DNA of 64,000 bases from Desulfocapsa sp. (GTDB taxonomy: Bacteria; Desulfobacterota; Desulfobulbia; Desulfobulbales; Desulfocapsaceae): NCBI GenBank assembly GCA_029935315.1, contig JAOZKN010000001.1:28713-92712 (forward strand). The letters are read 5' to 3'. Of this stretch, positions 28,105 to 36,906 are shown one piece after another. The position numbers and the translations under genes are program-made. The number at the start of each line of letters is the position of its first letter. Position 1 is the first letter of the stretch. The notes under the pieces were generated by a model. It was not told the DNA's origin and searched no databases. It worked only from the letters and a program-made list of their open reading frames with translations.

Positions 28105-28575
28105 TTATCCATTCTTAACCGCTTTGGAAATATACCAGAAACGCAGGAGCGCCTCCCTTGAATCTTTGTCCACGATAGAAGAAACCTGCGCCTCAAAATC
28201 CGCAAGCTCCTGTGCTGGCGGTGGTACATATCGCAGGGGAGGGGCTTTTGTTTCTTCTGCAAACTCCTTTCCAGCTACGTAAAAGCGAATCCCTTTTAAC
28301 TTTGTTGATCCCAGAGATTGATTTAAGGTTTCCAGAAAGAACGGACTTTGGTACTGAAACTGCTGCAGCCAGGCCGAGTTTTCCGCTTCCACCCACAGTA
28401 CTTTTTTAACAATCTTCAGGGGTTTACAGTGTGCTGTGATTTCACGGTCAAGCAGGTTTTCCCAGTCCAGGAACAAAGAATGCAACTCAAGCTGCTCCTT
28501 CCAGCCTTGCTGGCGCGAAAGCTGTGGCAGAAGATTTACCAGCCCCTGTAAAGTGGTTTTTTTCTTTTTTACCAA
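28105..28575 (-). CDS. DUF721 (DciA-like) domain protein
   Basis: VLWVEAENSAWLQQFQYQSPFFLETLNQSLGSTKLKGIRFYV fits the DUF721 pattern. A TTG start follows the SNF2 TAG stop directly. Confidence 0.65.
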   Translation of the reverse strand: MVKKKKTTLQGLVNLLPQLSRQQGWKEQLELHSLFLDWENLLDREITAHCKPLKIVKKVLWVEAENSAWLQQFQYQSPFFLETLNQSLGSTKLKGIRFYVAGKEFAEETKAPPLRYVPPPAQELADFEAQVSSIVDKDSREALLRFWYISKAVKNG

Positions 28576-31500
28576 CTATTTTCTGCGAATTAAGTCCAGC
28601 AGGGCTTCGCTACTCATTTTGGCACTCATATCAGAGCCTTCAAGTAAGCTTCCTGCCAGGTCACGCTTCTCCATATGCAGCCGGACAATTTTTTCCTCGA
28701 TGGTATTTTTGCAGACCAGGCGATAGATGGTCACAGGCCGTGTCTGGCCAATGCGATGTGCACGATCTGAGGCCTGGTCCTCAACGGCCGGATTCCACCA
28801 GGGATCCATGTGAATGACATAGTCAGCCGCAGTGAGGTTGAGACCAAGGCCTCCGGCCTTCAGGCTGATAAGAAAAAGATCCCCTTCACCGGCCTGGAAT
28901 GCATCCACCTGCTGCTTCCGCTTGGGGCTGCTCGTGGAGCCGTCAAGGTAGCGGTAGTCAATGCCTTTACCGTCCAGGTGCTCCCGCAATATTGACAGGT
29001 GGCCGATAAACTGGCTGAAAATAAGTGCCTTATGTCCACCCGCCAGTAACTCATCAATGACTGAGGCGAAAACTTTGAGCTTGGCACTCTCTATGTTTGT
29101 ATCTTCTGTGATCAGGCGCGGATTACAACAGGCCTGGCGCAGCTTCATGATCTCTGTCAGGATTTGTAAATGCCGCGCCTTTTTCTCCTGATTGTTTTCA
29201 AGAACTTCCAGGGCGTTTTGGCGTAAGGCTTCGTAGAAGAGTTTTTCCTCCTCACTCATTTCCACTTCAAGGGTGATTTCTGTACGCGGTGGCAACTCTT
29301 CCAGTACCTGAGATTTAATACGACGCAGGATAAAAGGCTGAATAAGTTTCTTCAGCTTGAGTCTGGCTTCACGGTTATGGTAACGCTCGATGGGGATGGC
29401 AAAGCGTTCATTGAAACGGTTCAGGGTCCCAAGGAGGCCAGGGTTTATAAAATGGAACAGATTCCAGAGTTCACCAAGATGGTTTTCAACGGGAGTCCCC
29501 GTGGTGAGCAGTTTGAACTTTGCCTGCAGCGCCATGGCAGCTTTTGAGCGTTTGGTGGCAGCATTTTTGATGGCTTGCGCCTCGTCAAGGATAACAGTTT
29601 GCCATTTGACTGCAGAAAGAAGCTCGTTTTCCTGCTGTAATAGGGTGTAGGTGGTGATAAGGAGATCGAATTTACCCAGGCCGGAGATAGTCTCAGCCCT
29701 GTTTTTTCCCATCAGGCTCTTTATGTTCAGTGTTGGCGTGAAGCGATTGCATTCAGATTCCCAGTTGCTGGAAACGGACGTCGGGGCAATCACCAGGGAT
29801 GGGCCATCAGATGCCAGGGAGAGCATTACGGCCAGGGCCTGAATGGTTTTACCGAGACCCATGTCGTCGGCAAGGCATCCGCCTACTCCCCAGTGGGCGA
29901 GGCGAGAGAGCCAGTGAAATCCTTCTTCCTGGTATTCACGCAGTTCTGCACGCAGGGTTGTGGGAAGCTCCGGTTTAAAGCTTTGACTGTCGTGGATGCG
30001 TTTTATCTGGTCCTTCCATCCGTCGTCAACCTGTGCTTTTGCCTGGTCTACCAGTTTCTCAAGCGGAATGGCGGCAAGATGATGGATAAGAACCTCGTCA
30101 TCTTCACCTTTGGCATCCAGTCCTTCCGAGTAAAGGTTGATCTCTTCCAGTTTTTTCTTGAACTCCTGGGTCAGGGCGAGAAATTGACCTTCTCCAATCT
30201 GTATAAAGTGGCCGTGGGCGGTTTTGACTTTTTTCAGCAGTTCGCGCAGGTCAATAACCGTATCCTGATCAAGTTTTAACTCTCCCGAAAGGGCAAACCA
30301 GTTCTGCTGGCTGGTACGCACTTTAAGATTCAGGTTTTTCAGTGAGGCCTGATGGGTGATATTGAGTTTTTCACCTTCCGGCCACTCAATAACGACCTGG
30401 TCCTGGATGGTCTGCAATTCCTGCAATGCCTGGAGGCAGTCGTCCGGATCCTGCAGGTGCCATTCTCTGTCATTTTCCTGTTCGAGATCAACGGCAAGAT
30501 CAAGGATGGGGCATGATTCTTCAACCTCCCTGGCCATATGTTCTTCAAGGCCAAGGTCCCGTTTTGTCTGTAGCCGTTTCCCCCGTACTTCGGCAATGAT
30601 GTTTTCAACTCCCTGTCCGGGTTTGAGGTAGTGACCTCCGTTGAAAAAAGGTTTCACAAACATTTCCAGTCTGAAACCTGTACCGTATGGAATCAGGTGC
30701 ATGTAAATGGTGGGGTCTGCTTCAACTTGTTCGATACTGGCGTAGTTTCCACTGGTTGTGTCGGCTGCAATTGCCGAATGAACAGTCATAAAGGAGGAAA
30801 TATTACCGATGGCCGTGAGTACCTGCTCGCTGGCTTCTATGGGGACCACAAGGCCGCTCTTTCCGGTTATCTGGGCAATTCGACGATGGTTGTCGTTTAT
30901 CTCTATTATTTTATAGCGGGTGGGTGTTTCCTGGAAAATAGTTATTTTGTCTGCGGTTACATCCTGGGCAAAGCAGATATGGAGTTGTGAACCTCGTTCT
31001 TCCACCAGCAGTTCAGGCTCTCCGGTAACAAATTCAACAGGTGTCCCAGGTGATTTGGCGAAAAAGAGTAAGGGGTGGTTCACCATGGCCAGTAAGGTCT
31101 TGTCCATGTCGAACTGGTAGTTTACGCCATGGGTCTCCGGGTTGACTTGTTTTTCGATGCAGGCAGATATTTTTCGATCCTGTATGCTCAGGTAACCCAG
31201 CTTGCCGGAGTAAAGCCGGGAAAGCGATATGGGACGTCCCTTGCTCCAGTTACCGGATGCTCCCTGTTTCTGTTCTTTGGGACTGATATGCATGTTGCCG
31301 TTCACATATTCAACCAGCCATATAAGTCTTTCTGTCTGCAGGGACTCAGCCCCGTGTGGAGAGGCAGTCACTTGGATAAGCGCCTGCAGATTGCGTTTCC
31401 ATGGCTCTTCGGAGGCAAGAATAGTAGTGAGTGGGCTCAGTCCTGTTTCCTGCTGCAGCTGCTCTATTACGGAGCTATAATCTTCTTCCCCATGTTCTGT

Positions 31501-32844
31501 CCCCTCCAGAATGGCTGCCATATTCAGGGTAAAGAAGTGAAATCCATTTTTCTTGGCCTGTCTGTAGAGGGCTACCACCCGCTTGCTTACTTCGGGCTGC
31601 AGGCTGGAATTGAGCCAGTACTGGCCAAGGGCAGTAAAGAGAATGGTGAGGCTGTGTGGTTCGTCGTCTTTATGAAAGCTCATCTCTTCACCGGGAAGTG
31701 CATGGGACGCCCTTACCTGGAGAAATCCTGCAAATGCCTGGTAGGCCTTTTCTTCAGCACTGCCTGTGAAAAGGGACAGGGCGATTCCAATTTGCTGCGC
31801 TACTTTTTGTCCCTGGTCACCCTGATTGTTCTGCAGGGTGGAAAGTGCATGGAAAAGGCCTGTGGGTCCAAAAAAAGCGGCATTTTCGCTGCCGCTCAGG
31901 TCCCGGAGAAAGTCGAGGTCATGTTCAAATAACTCGGTGGTGGTCTCAGGGGCGCCCTGGAGAAAGGCAAGGGTGCCAGTTGCTCCGGTTCCGGAAAAGC
32001 TATCCCTGTTTTCTTCGACCAGCTTTGCTGCATTGTCTATCTGCCCTCTGAATATATACTGGCTAAAGAGGAGGCGATGGAAGGGGAGTTTTTCGTCACT
32101 GCTCAGGTCCTCAAGTCCTGTTTCATCCTGCAGGTAGGCAAGAATTTCAGGGAAGCTGTGCAGGGTTGATATCTCGTACTTTGCAATCTGATCAAGGAGA
32201 AAAAATTGAAAAGAAGGAGCCATGGATTTGAACCATACAGGATCAAAAGGGCGTGTGGTTACCTGAATAGTGGGGGGCAGCGGAGAGAGGATATCCCGGC
32301 ACTGTCCTGTAAGGAACTCAAGGGCATCATCGATGAGGTCAAAATCCTGTGTATATACGCCGATGCGCATTTCCCGCATGGCTCGCCAGCAGCGCGTTGT
32401 CCATTTTCCGTAGTAGTAGGATACCGGCGCTTCTTTGCGAATAACTTTTGCGTATGTTGCGAAAGTATCATCCTTGACTGCCATCCGGCTCAGCTGCTCA
32501 ACGATCAGTGGTGCGCACTGTTTTTCTTTGGTGAGAAGGCCGGTTTCCTGGAATTTGGAAAAATAGTGGTTCAGATTGGCAGCTGTGGGCCGATTTCCGC
32601 GCGGGCTGCGGATATCAAGTTTACGCAAACAGTTGACGATGAGCGTTGAATGAGCAGGCTCGTAAACAATTGATTGAAATTGCAGGAGAGTTTGCTCAAA
32701 AGGAGTGAGTTTGTCGTAGTGCTGAAGTAATTCGGTGCTGGGGTCTGACATATCGTATTTAGGATGTGGTGCAATTTGTGGCACGGGCTTTACGGCCATG
32801 AACCATGGACCTGAGGTAACAGGCTGAAACAAACTATTCAACAT
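28576..32844 (-). CDS. SNF2-family ATPase/helicase, 1422 aa, with a long N-terminal extension
   Basis: The C-terminal third carries LREYQEEGFHWL, DDMGLGKTIQ, ILDEAQAIKN, LLTGTPVENHL and DRAHRIGQTRPV. The middle resembles the bacterial SNF2-associated domain. I do not recognise the first ~450 aa. Confidence 0.85.
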   Translation of the reverse strand: MLNSLFQPVTSGPWFMAVKPVPQIAPHPKYDMSDPSTELLQHYDKLTPFEQTLLQFQSIVYEPAHSTLIVNCLRKLDIRSPRGNRPTAANLNHYFSKFQETGLLTKEKQCAPLIVEQLSRMAVKDDTFATYAKVIRKEAPVSYYYGKWTTRCWRAMREMRIGVYTQDFDLIDDALEFLTGQCRDILSPLPPTIQVTTRPFDPVWFKSMAPSFQFFLLDQIAKYEISTLHSFPEILAYLQDETGLEDLSSDEKLPFHRLLFSQYIFRGQIDNAAKLVEENRDSFSGTGATGTLAFLQGAPETTTELFEHDLDFLRDLSGSENAAFFGPTGLFHALSTLQNNQGDQGQKVAQQIGIALSLFTGSAEEKAYQAFAGFLQVRASHALPGEEMSFHKDDEPHSLTILFTALGQYWLNSSLQPEVSKRVVALYRQAKKNGFHFFTLNMAAILEGTEHGEEDYSSVIEQLQQETGLSPLTTILASEEPWKRNLQALIQVTASPHGAESLQTERLIWLVEYVNGNMHISPKEQKQGASGNWSKGRPISLSRLYSGKLGYLSIQDRKISACIEKQVNPETHGVNYQFDMDKTLLAMVNHPLLFFAKSPGTPVEFVTGEPELLVEERGSQLHICFAQDVTADKITIFQETPTRYKIIEINDNHRRIAQITGKSGLVVPIEASEQVLTAIGNISSFMTVHSAIAADTTSGNYASIEQVEADPTIYMHLIPYGTGFRLEMFVKPFFNGGHYLKPGQGVENIIAEVRGKRLQTKRDLGLEEHMAREVEESCPILDLAVDLEQENDREWHLQDPDDCLQALQELQTIQDQVVIEWPEGEKLNITHQASLKNLNLKVRTSQQNWFALSGELKLDQDTVIDLRELLKKVKTAHGHFIQIGEGQFLALTQEFKKKLEEINLYSEGLDAKGEDDEVLIHHLAAIPLEKLVDQAKAQVDDGWKDQIKRIHDSQSFKPELPTTLRAELREYQEEGFHWLSRLAHWGVGGCLADDMGLGKTIQALAVMLSLASDGPSLVIAPTSVSSNWESECNRFTPTLNIKSLMGKNRAETISGLGKFDLLITTYTLLQQENELLSAVKWQTVILDEAQAIKNAATKRSKAAMALQAKFKLLTTGTPVENHLGELWNLFHFINPGLLGTLNRFNERFAIPIERYHNREARLKLKKLIQPFILRRIKSQVLEELPPRTEITLEVEMSEEEKLFYEALRQNALEVLENNQEKKARHLQILTEIMKLRQACCNPRLITEDTNIESAKLKVFASVIDELLAGGHKALIFSQFIGHLSILREHLDGKGIDYRYLDGSTSSPKRKQQVDAFQAGEGDLFLISLKAGGLGLNLTAADYVIHMDPWWNPAVEDQASDRAHRIGQTRPVTIYRLVCKNTIEEKIVRLHMEKRDLAGSLLEGSDMSAKMSSEALLDLIRRK

Positions 32845-33096
32845 ATCACGTATTGCAGAGAAACAAAAGGAGATCCTGCACAGAAAGCGACGAAGGTGCC
32901 AGAATTGTTAAAAGTGACAATGCTTTTTGTTGTTTTGTCTCTTCTGCGTGCAGTGTCGTCGCATTATTACAGCATAATGTGGAGTATGTCCGGATGACGA
33001 AGGGCGTGAAATAACAATAATCGGGGATGTTTTGCCAAATTCAGGATGGCGGGAAGTACTGTTGTTGAAATGGCGATATTGTTGGAGGTGGTAAAT

Positions 33097-33135
33097 AAAA
33101 AAAATCGCAGCCGCCTTTTAGAAGAAGGTGGCTGC
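33097..33135 (-). terminator. rho-independent terminator of the ppiD-like gene
   Basis: On the minus strand: GCAGCCACC-ttcttctaaaa-GGCGGCTGC (one A.C mismatch) followed by a U-rich tract (GATTTTTTTT). It begins about 50 nt past the stop at 33188. Confidence 0.6.
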
Positions 33136-33187
33136 GAAAACAGGAAACAATGAAAAATGGGTGCCGGCCTGTGTGCCGGTTGGGAGC

Positions 33188-34648
33188 TTACTGTAAATTT
33201 CTATTGGTAAAGATATCCGCATTCTTTTCCTGGTTGCGAATCCAGGCGATGAGCAGGCGTTCCTGCTTTGTATTGATGATTTGTGCGCGGAACTGCTCTC
33301 TTTCCTCATTTGTCATTGTAGCACTGTCGGGCAGGATTCTTTCTGTGAATTTGTAGAGGTAGAGGGTGTTGCCAACGCTGGCAACTTCATCGGGGTATGC
33401 ATTGTTGTCACTGAGCGCAAATACCTTCATCAGCAGGCTGGGTGGAAATCCATTACTCGTATCAGTACTATTGTCACGTGACAGGGTTGCCTCTTTGAGC
33501 TCCAGATCATTATTTTTGCTTAGCTCACTGAAGTTGCCATCTGTCCGAAGGGAGGCAAGAATTTCTTCACCTTTTGTGAGAGCCAGTGTTCTGGCTTCGT
33601 CATTCTTGTAATCGTCGATAACCTTTTCTTTCACTTCGCTGAGTGCGGGAAATTGAGGCTCTTGGATGGCGTCGGCAAAAAGAATTGAATATCCGGCAGG
33701 AGATTCGATAAGGGAACTGAGCTCTCCCGATTTAAGAGAAAATGCTGTTGCCTGTACAGAAGGCGCATTGTCTATAGTCGAGGGAGGTGTGGATCTGGAG
33801 AAAAAATCGGTTTGGAGAATCTCTGCTTCGGGCTGAAGTGTTGCGTACTCGTTCAGGCTGCCGGCTGAAATAATTCCTTCGTAGGCATCATTTGCTTTCT
33901 TGAAAGTAGCTGCTCTGCTTTCTGTGTCCGCGTTGTCATAAGGAAAAGAAAGGAATTTTAGTTTTACTTGAGGGGCTGTTTTGTATTTGGCTTTATTTAA
34001 TTCGTACCAGGCGGCAAGGGCATTCTCTTCTATGGTGACTTTATCAATAAATGTTGCAGGATTGATTTCAGCATAGGAGACAGTGATTGTCTCTTTGCTT
34101 TGTTGATAGAGATCATCGATCTCTGCATCTGTCACATTGGTGGCAAAATCACCAATTGCCTGGACACCCTTACTTGAAAGCGTATCGTAACGCATTGAGT
34201 TTTCAAACTTATGTGGTGTCAGGCGGTTTGATTGCAAAATGGACTTGTATTTGTCCATATTAAAGGTACCGTTTTCCTGGAATTGAACCATTTCCTGGAT
34301 GTTTTGTTGTATTTCAGGGCCGGAGACAGTGATTCCCATGGTTTGAGCACCCTGTCGCAGGAGGGCCTGCTGGATCAGCTGTGTTTTTATCTGTTCCTTC
34401 ACGCCCAGGCTTTTGAGCAGCGATTCCGGTACAGCGCCACCAAGCTGTTGACGGTAGGAGGCAAGGAGCTGGTCGTAAGCACGTTGGTATTGCTGAAAGC
34501 TTATGTCTTCATCGTTAACAACAATCGCAGCTTCCTGGCTGTCCATCATGTTTGCTCCGACACCCCAGAAGACAAATACAAGGGCAATAACCAGAACAAT
34601 TGCCTGGATAAAAGTGGATTGGGCTTTGTCACGAAAAATCTGCAGCAT
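33188..34648 (-). CDS. ppiD: PpiD-like periplasmic chaperone (SurA N-terminal domain + degenerate parvulin region)
   Basis: MLQIFRDKAQSTFIQAIVLVIALVFVFWG membrane anchor, then VVNDEDISFQQYQRAY...QLL, typical of the PpiD N-terminus. Confidence 0.7.
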   Translation of the reverse strand: MLQIFRDKAQSTFIQAIVLVIALVFVFWGVGANMMDSQEAAIVVNDEDISFQQYQRAYDQLLASYRQQLGGAVPESLLKSLGVKEQIKTQLIQQALLRQGAQTMGITVSGPEIQQNIQEMVQFQENGTFNMDKYKSILQSNRLTPHKFENSMRYDTLSSKGVQAIGDFATNVTDAEIDDLYQQSKETITVSYAEINPATFIDKVTIEENALAAWYELNKAKYKTAPQVKLKFLSFPYDNADTESRAATFKKANDAYEGIISAGSLNEYATLQPEAEILQTDFFSRSTPPSTIDNAPSVQATAFSLKSGELSSLIESPAGYSILFADAIQEPQFPALSEVKEKVIDDYKNDEARTLALTKGEEILASLRTDGNFSELSKNNDLELKEATLSRDNSTDTSNGFPPSLLMKVFALSDNNAYPDEVASVGNTLYLYKFTERILPDSATMTNEEREQFRAQIINTKQERLLIAWIRNQEKNADIFTNRNLQ

Positions 34649-34877
34649 ATTATTCTCTATGGCTAATGGTTAATAAATGGAAATGATCCAAATGATATGG
34701 TTGAAAAAAATTTACATGTTATGGAAGATCAGTGCAAGAAAAATCATATAATTTCTATGTCCTTATCTTGTTAATATATAATTGTTTTCTTAAATATCTT
34801 TGCATGCTTGTGAAATAATGGCGTTTTCAGAAGGGGATAGCTCAAGTCTGAGATAGGGAAAATGATTGACCATTCAC

Positions 34878-34906
34878 TTGACAAAAATCCTGGTGTATAG
34901 TATTTA
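34878..34906 (+). promoter_or_regulatory. sigma70-like promoter candidate for dsrC
   Basis: TTGACA (34878-34883), 17 nt, TATTTA (34901-34906). Pattern only. Confidence 0.4.
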
Positions 34907-34969
34907 CCTCTCACTACTTAAGAAGCAGAAACGGTGAAAGCCACAAACAATATTTTTACGGAGGGTAAA

Positions 34970-35290
34970 ATGCCTACAATAGAACACAACGGAAACAGCT
35001 ACAACTGTGATGAAGATGGATTCCTGCTCAATGGTATGGATGACATGAACGACGATTGGATTGATTATGTGAAAAGTGTTGAGGGTATTTCTGAACTCAC
35101 CGATGAGCATCATAAAGTGATCGACGCTCTTCGTGAGTACTACAAGAAGAATGGTATTGCTCCAATGGTACGTATTCTTTCCAAGACCACTGGTTTCCCA
35201 CTTAAGAGAATCTATGAGCTGTTCCCATCAGGACCTGGTAAAGGTGCTTGTAAGATGGCTGGTCTTCCAAAACCTACCGGTTGTGTATAA
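34970..35290 (+). CDS. dsrC: DsrC (dissimilatory sulfite reductase gamma-type sulfur carrier)
   Basis: 106 aa. The C-terminal arm CKMAGLPKPTGCV has both conserved cysteines. GGAGGG RBS. Start trimmed from GTG 34934 to ATG 34970. Confidence 0.9.
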   Translation: MPTIEHNGNSYNCDEDGFLLNGMDDMNDDWIDYVKSVEGISELTDEHHKVIDALREYYKKNGIAPMVRILSKTTGFPLKRIYELFPSGPGKGACKMAGLPKPTGCV

Positions 35291-35322
35291 GTAACAACCG
35301 AAGTTTTGAAGAGTTAAGAGAG

Positions 35323-35360
35323 GGGCGTTGTTCTTTTTATAGAACGACGCCCTTTTTTTT
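35323..35360 (+). terminator. rho-independent terminator of dsrC
   Basis: GGGCGTTGTTCT-ttttat-AGAACGACGCCC followed by T8. Confidence 0.9.
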
Positions 35361-35455
35361 GCTTATCGCTTTGTGAAAGGATTTACAGCCTGGCTTCTGT
35401 TTCTGTCCGTTTTGAGCGTCTCAGACAAATTGTGAGTGTATATGGGGGGAGGGTG

Positions 35456-36226
35456 TTACTGCTCGAGCTTTTTGGCTAAAAGCTGTTCTTTGAGTGCCGC
35501 GATTTTTGATTGATATGTCCCGGGGTCGATGGTGGCTCCTCTCATACCTCCCCGCAGGTTTATTTCCGCTAGAAATGTTTCTTCCTTGTCAGTAATCATC
35601 AGGTCGATATGGGCGTAAGAGTATTTTCCACGTTCCATGGCCATTTTACAGAGTTGTAACTGCTCGGTGCTCAGTGTGTAGGGTGTGGACTTACCGCCGC
35701 AGTGGAGGTTGTTGCGGAAATTATCCGGATTGTCCCGTTCGTAGGCTTCAATAAAGTCATCAATCATGATTACACGTACATCACGGCTGTTTTCGATAAA
35801 TGGCTGCAGAACAAAGGGGTAGGCCAGAACCTTATTTGCAGCCTGGGTGTAGACATCTTCAATGTCCCTGAATAAGTGTATCCCAAAACCAGCATTCTTT
35901 CGGTCGTGCTTGAAGACTACTTTTTGTATGGAGTTTTTTCCGTAACGTGAGACAGCATCAAGGATGCCATGGATATCATATATAACTGTGGTCTGGGGGA
36001 TCATCAGTGGTGCAAGCAGGCGTGCCTGAAATGTCTTTGAGCGGCTGGCGAGCTGGGATGTGGCAGAAGGAATCAGGTGGATACCGCGCTGGATGAGATC
36101 GAGGAGCAGATGTTCTTCCCCGGTTTTCAGGCGCAGTCGACAGGTGATGATATCTCCGGCCTGCAGTTCATGGTAGGTCGCAAGCAACTCATCGTTGTTA
36201 TTGATGATTTGAGGGGCTGGGCTCAA
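35456..36226 (-). CDS. ATP-grasp ligase, RimK/LysX-like
   Basis: VVFKHDRKNAGFGIHLF...PFVLQPFIENSRDVRVIMID...AHIDLMI...FLAEINLRGGM is an ATP-grasp pattern. The ORF track starts at ATG 36277, which overlaps the upstream gene by 55 nt. An in-frame TTG at 36226 overlaps the upstream stop as TTGA, so the start is uncertain. Confidence 0.7.
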   Translation of the reverse strand: MSPAPQIINNNDELLATYHELQAGDIITCRLRLKTGEEHLLLDLIQRGIHLIPSATSQLASRSKTFQARLLAPLMIPQTTVIYDIHGILDAVSRYGKNSIQKVVFKHDRKNAGFGIHLFRDIEDVYTQAANKVLAYPFVLQPFIENSRDVRVIMIDDFIEAYERDNPDNFRNNLHCGGKSTPYTLSTEQLQLCKMAMERGKYSYAHIDLMITDKEETFLAEINLRGGMRGATIDPGTYQSKIAALKEQLLAKKLEQ

Positions 36227-36468
36227 AAGAGCATCTCCGCAAATCGTCCGTGAAACTGTGAGATATCTGCTTCGCACTGTGCGCAGAGAAGTTTTATTGC
36301 TCCCAAAACCTGGGAGTCATCCTCCTGAAGAGTGAAGCTGCCATCCTTGTTCTGGGTGTAGAGGGTCGTAATGACAACATTTTCAGCTACTTCGATAAAG
36401 TCTTCATCATTGCCGCACTCAGGGCAGATGATTCGATTGGCTGCCGGAGCCAGGTCCGTTGGCTGCAA
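36223..36468 (-). CDS. small (81 aa) zinc-ribbon-like protein
   Basis: CPEC (aa 15-18) and CAQC (aa 62-65). Tightly packed between the bactofilin and ATP-grasp genes. Confidence 0.55.
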   Translation of the reverse strand: MQPTDLAPAANRIICPECGNDEDFIEVAENVVITTLYTQNKDGSFTLQEDDSQVLGAIKLLCAQCEADISQFHGRFAEMLF

Positions 36469-36470
36469 AA

Positions 36471-36905
36471 TCAGCCTTCGGCAACTTGTGTTGAATCGTT
36501 AGCTGGCGATTCTTTGTCATTCACCAGATGCAGTTCTCTGGAAGAGACTTTCATCTCTCCGTTGAGGCCGGCACCAGGTTCAACTGTAAGACTGTTGCCT
36601 TCAATCCGTCCATGGATGTGGCAACTTTTCCGGGCCGTAATAAGGCTTGCCTTGACGTTGCCTTCCAGGGTGCCGTGGCAGACGAATGTGGATACCTGGA
36701 TATCGCCGGTGACCTTGCCGCTTTCACTGAGAATCAGGTGTTCGCCCTTGATATCTCCTTCGATAGAGCCATCTATCCTGGCCTTTCCTTTGAAAACAAG
36801 TTCCCCTTTCATCACCATGTTTGCGTCGATAATAGAAGAAATGACTTCTTTTTCCGCTTTCTGGCTTTCTTCTTCAAAGTCGTCTTTTTGATTAAAAAGC
36901 CCCAT
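36471..36905 (-). CDS. bactofilin (DUF583) cytoskeletal protein
   Basis: Repetitive beta-helix pattern: VMKGELVFKGKARIDGSIEGDIKGEHLILSESGKVTGDIQVSTFVCHGTLEGNVKA...IHGRIEGN. Confidence 0.85.
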   Translation of the reverse strand: MGLFNQKDDFEEESQKAEKEVISSIIDANMVMKGELVFKGKARIDGSIEGDIKGEHLILSESGKVTGDIQVSTFVCHGTLEGNVKASLITARKSCHIHGRIEGNSLTVEPGAGLNGEMKVSSRELHLVNDKESPANDSTQVAEG

Positions 36906-36906
36906 G

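Noticed and set aside
36227-36277. ATG-initiated 5' extension of the ATP-grasp ORF, overlapping the Zn-ribbon gene by 55 nt.
   Set aside because: It cannot be excluded. However, an in-frame TTG at 36226 forms a TTGA stop/start overlap that fits the tight coupling seen throughout this operon. I reported the shorter model and flagged the uncertainty.
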